The notes beneath the pieces are model-generated. The model was not told where the DNA came from and made no database searches. It saw only the letters and a program-made list of their open reading frames with translations. A stretch of 61,960 nt of DNA, filler included, from Basidioascus undulatus (taxonomy: Eukaryota), in NCBI GenBank assembly GCA_000826855.1. It is 12 parts of 12 records of this genome, joined end to end, with 100 filler letters (N's around TTAATTAATTAA, not from the genome) between each part and the next. Parts side by side here need not be neighbours in the genome. Positions count along the whole stretch, not along the records: positions 58,639 to 61,960 come from JTLS01002454.1; 11 more parts are not named here. One strand, 5' to 3'. Below are positions 60,285 to 61,960 of this stretch, one piece after another. The position numbers and the translations under genes are program-made. Each line of letters begins with the position of its first letter. Positions within the stretch are counted from its first letter, which is position 1.

Positions 60285-60912
60285 GGCGCTGGAATGAACG
60301 TTCCGGCATCTCTCAGTCATTGTAGCTTGCATGCTGTCCGAAACGTTTATTTCCGAATCCACCAATTCGGTGGTGCGAAAGCGCTCATGCCTTCCCCCCG
60401 AACTTGGATCCTGAATCGGCTTCGCGGCTTCGAACCGCCCGCCTCACGACGCTTTCATCTTTCAATACATGGGGCTCCGACCACCTGAACGTATGTTCCT
60501 GCGTAAGACTTTGCGCTGCGCTTGTCCTTACTGCAAGAAACCCAAAGCGGACGTTGCCCCAGGTTACCCCAGGAATTCTTCGCCAGCTCGTAGCTCGTGC
60601 GCGACAGCCCTCACAGCACTCTCGCACTGCACGCAGCTGCATGCTCCTCTCATCATGCGGAACCTATAAATGTCCCCTCCCTCCTGCACCTCTGAAGCAC
60701 AGCCAAAGAAATTGCTCCACCCACCGAAAGAAACAGAAACAGAAAGACGACAGAAAGTCGGGGTGACTGAAAGTACAACTCGCCTTGCGAAAGAAAGAAT
60801 CAGCGACGAATGGGAATGTATGTGCGTGAAAAAGAGTATATGGTGCGGGGGAGGTGAATCGTTCGAAAGGAGAGAAGAAAAAGAAAGACGAAAAGATACG
60901 AAGGATCGGCGG

Positions 60913-61960
60913 CTACCGCCTCTCCCTCTCCGGGCTGTCCCCGCCGTCGCCCCTCCGCCAGGGCATCAAGCTCCCCAGACTGGTTTTCCTCGTCCGTCTC
61001 GTCGGGCTCGCACTCGCGACGTCCCCGCGCTCGACGATCCCGCGCTCGGCATTAGCATGCGTCACGGCAGTCGTCGCCGTCGCCCCCGCGGCGCGCCCGA
61101 GGGAGGGGAAGAACGACGCGGGGGTGATGGTCGTGCTCGTCGCGTTTGACTGGGAGGACGATTTGGCGCGGGACTTGCGCGTCTGCGCGAGAGGGATGGG
61201 GAGATCGCCGCGCGTGGGGGAGGTGGACGCCGGGAGTGCGGCCTCGCGCTGCTGCTGGCGCTCGGACCGGATGGTGAAGAGCTTCTTGGGCGAGAGCGCG
61301 GACGCGACGGAGATGGTGTTTGCGCGTGCGGGCGGCGCGGCAGCGCGCTCCTCAAGGCTTGCGCGCGGGCGGAAGGCAGACGTGGAGGGGGAGATGAGGG
61401 AGGCGGTGGGGGAGGCGTACTCGGCCGAGCGCCGGCTCTGGGAGCTAACGATGCTCTCCGCGCGCCGCTTGTCGGAGGAGGAGATGGCTGCTGCTGCGCT
61501 CGCGCTGACGAGCATGTTCCTGCTCGCGCTGCGGCCGAGGCTCAAGCTGGCCGACCTCATGTGGCTAGGCGATTCGGCGGCGGCGGCAGTAGCAGCCGCC
61601 TCGCGGAGGAGCCTCGGCAGGCCGGTGAGCGCCTCCGTGAGGTCCCTGATGCCCTCGTCGTGCGTGCGCGCCGCGTCGCGCACGAGCGAGTTGATCGCCC
61701 GGAGCGCGTCGACCTCGTCCGGCGGCGCGCCGGCGATCTCGGCGCTCACGAGCGTCTCCATGGTCAGTCCCGCCGCGCGGCGGAGCACGTCCGCGACGCG
61801 CGTCTGGCTCGCGCCGACCCCGCCCAGGAGGCGGTCGAACGCCGCTGCAGAAGGCGCCGCGTGCCGGGCCAGGGCGCCGTGCGCGGACGACAGCGCCGAC
61901 TCGAGCGTGGCGAGGTGGGCGGCCTGCGCTTGCGGCGTGTTGGGGCGGACTGTGTCCCCA
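60913..61960 (-). CDS. 3' part of a Ser/Arg/Ala-rich hypothetical protein
   Basis: Frame open from the window end with strong GC3 bias; helical core INSLVRDAARTHDEGIRDLTEAL; stop at 60913. Confidence 0.7.
   Translation of the reverse strand, partial: GDTVRPNTPQAQAAHLATLESALSSAHGALARHAAPSAAAFDRLLGGVGASQTRVADVLRRAAGLTMETLVSAEIAGAPPDEVDALRAINSLVRDAARTHDEGIRDLTEALTGLPRLLREAAATAAAAESPSHMRSASLSLGRSASRNMLVSASAAAAISSSDKRRAESIVSSQSRRSAEYASPTASLISPSTSAFRPRASLEERAAAPPARANTISVASALSPKKLFTIRSERQQQREAALPASTSPTRGDLPIPLAQTRKSRAKSSSQSNATSTTITPASFFPSLGRAAGATATTAVTHANAERGIVERGDVASASPTRRTRKTSLGSLMPWRRGDGGDSPERERR

Noticed and set aside
1..61960. Transposons, rRNA, prokaryotic defence systems
   Set aside because: No transposase, reverse transcriptase, LTR/TIR, rRNA or cas signatures recognised by eye; very decayed elements in low-GC spacers cannot be excluded.

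Overview
Eukaryotic, intron-dense, GC-rich fungal DNA; a basidiomycete is inferred from intron signals and gene families, possibly Pucciniomycotina. The window is not one locus. It is 12 contigs (one of about 24.2 kb, then eleven of about 3.3 kb) joined by an artificial 100-nt linker (N44-TTAATTAATTAA-N44), so adjacency across linkers means nothing. Apparently intact conserved genes, many cut by contig ends: HSPA12-type Hsp70, Gfo/Idh/MocA oxidoreductase, GRAM-VASt sterol transfer protein, EI24/Rrt8-type membrane protein, DUR3-like transporter, IBA57, PET191/COA5, GPN3, ELP1/IKI3, a CAMKL kinase, a small RING protein, a PPR protein, pantothenate kinase, an ankyrin protein and CAF120/SKG3. There is also tRNA-Ala(CGC) and two copies of tRNA-Thr(AGT). 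Main highlights: (1) an Aim32/Apd1-type 2Fe-2S protein fused to an adrenodoxin-type ferredoxin domain; (2) about a dozen accessory genes broken by stops or frameshifts while the housekeeping genes look clean; (3) two inverted paralogous remnants flanking a 15-kb block; (4) a tRNA-Thr with a U1:A72 first pair. Exon boundaries were read by eye and family names come from motif recognition; no database search was run.
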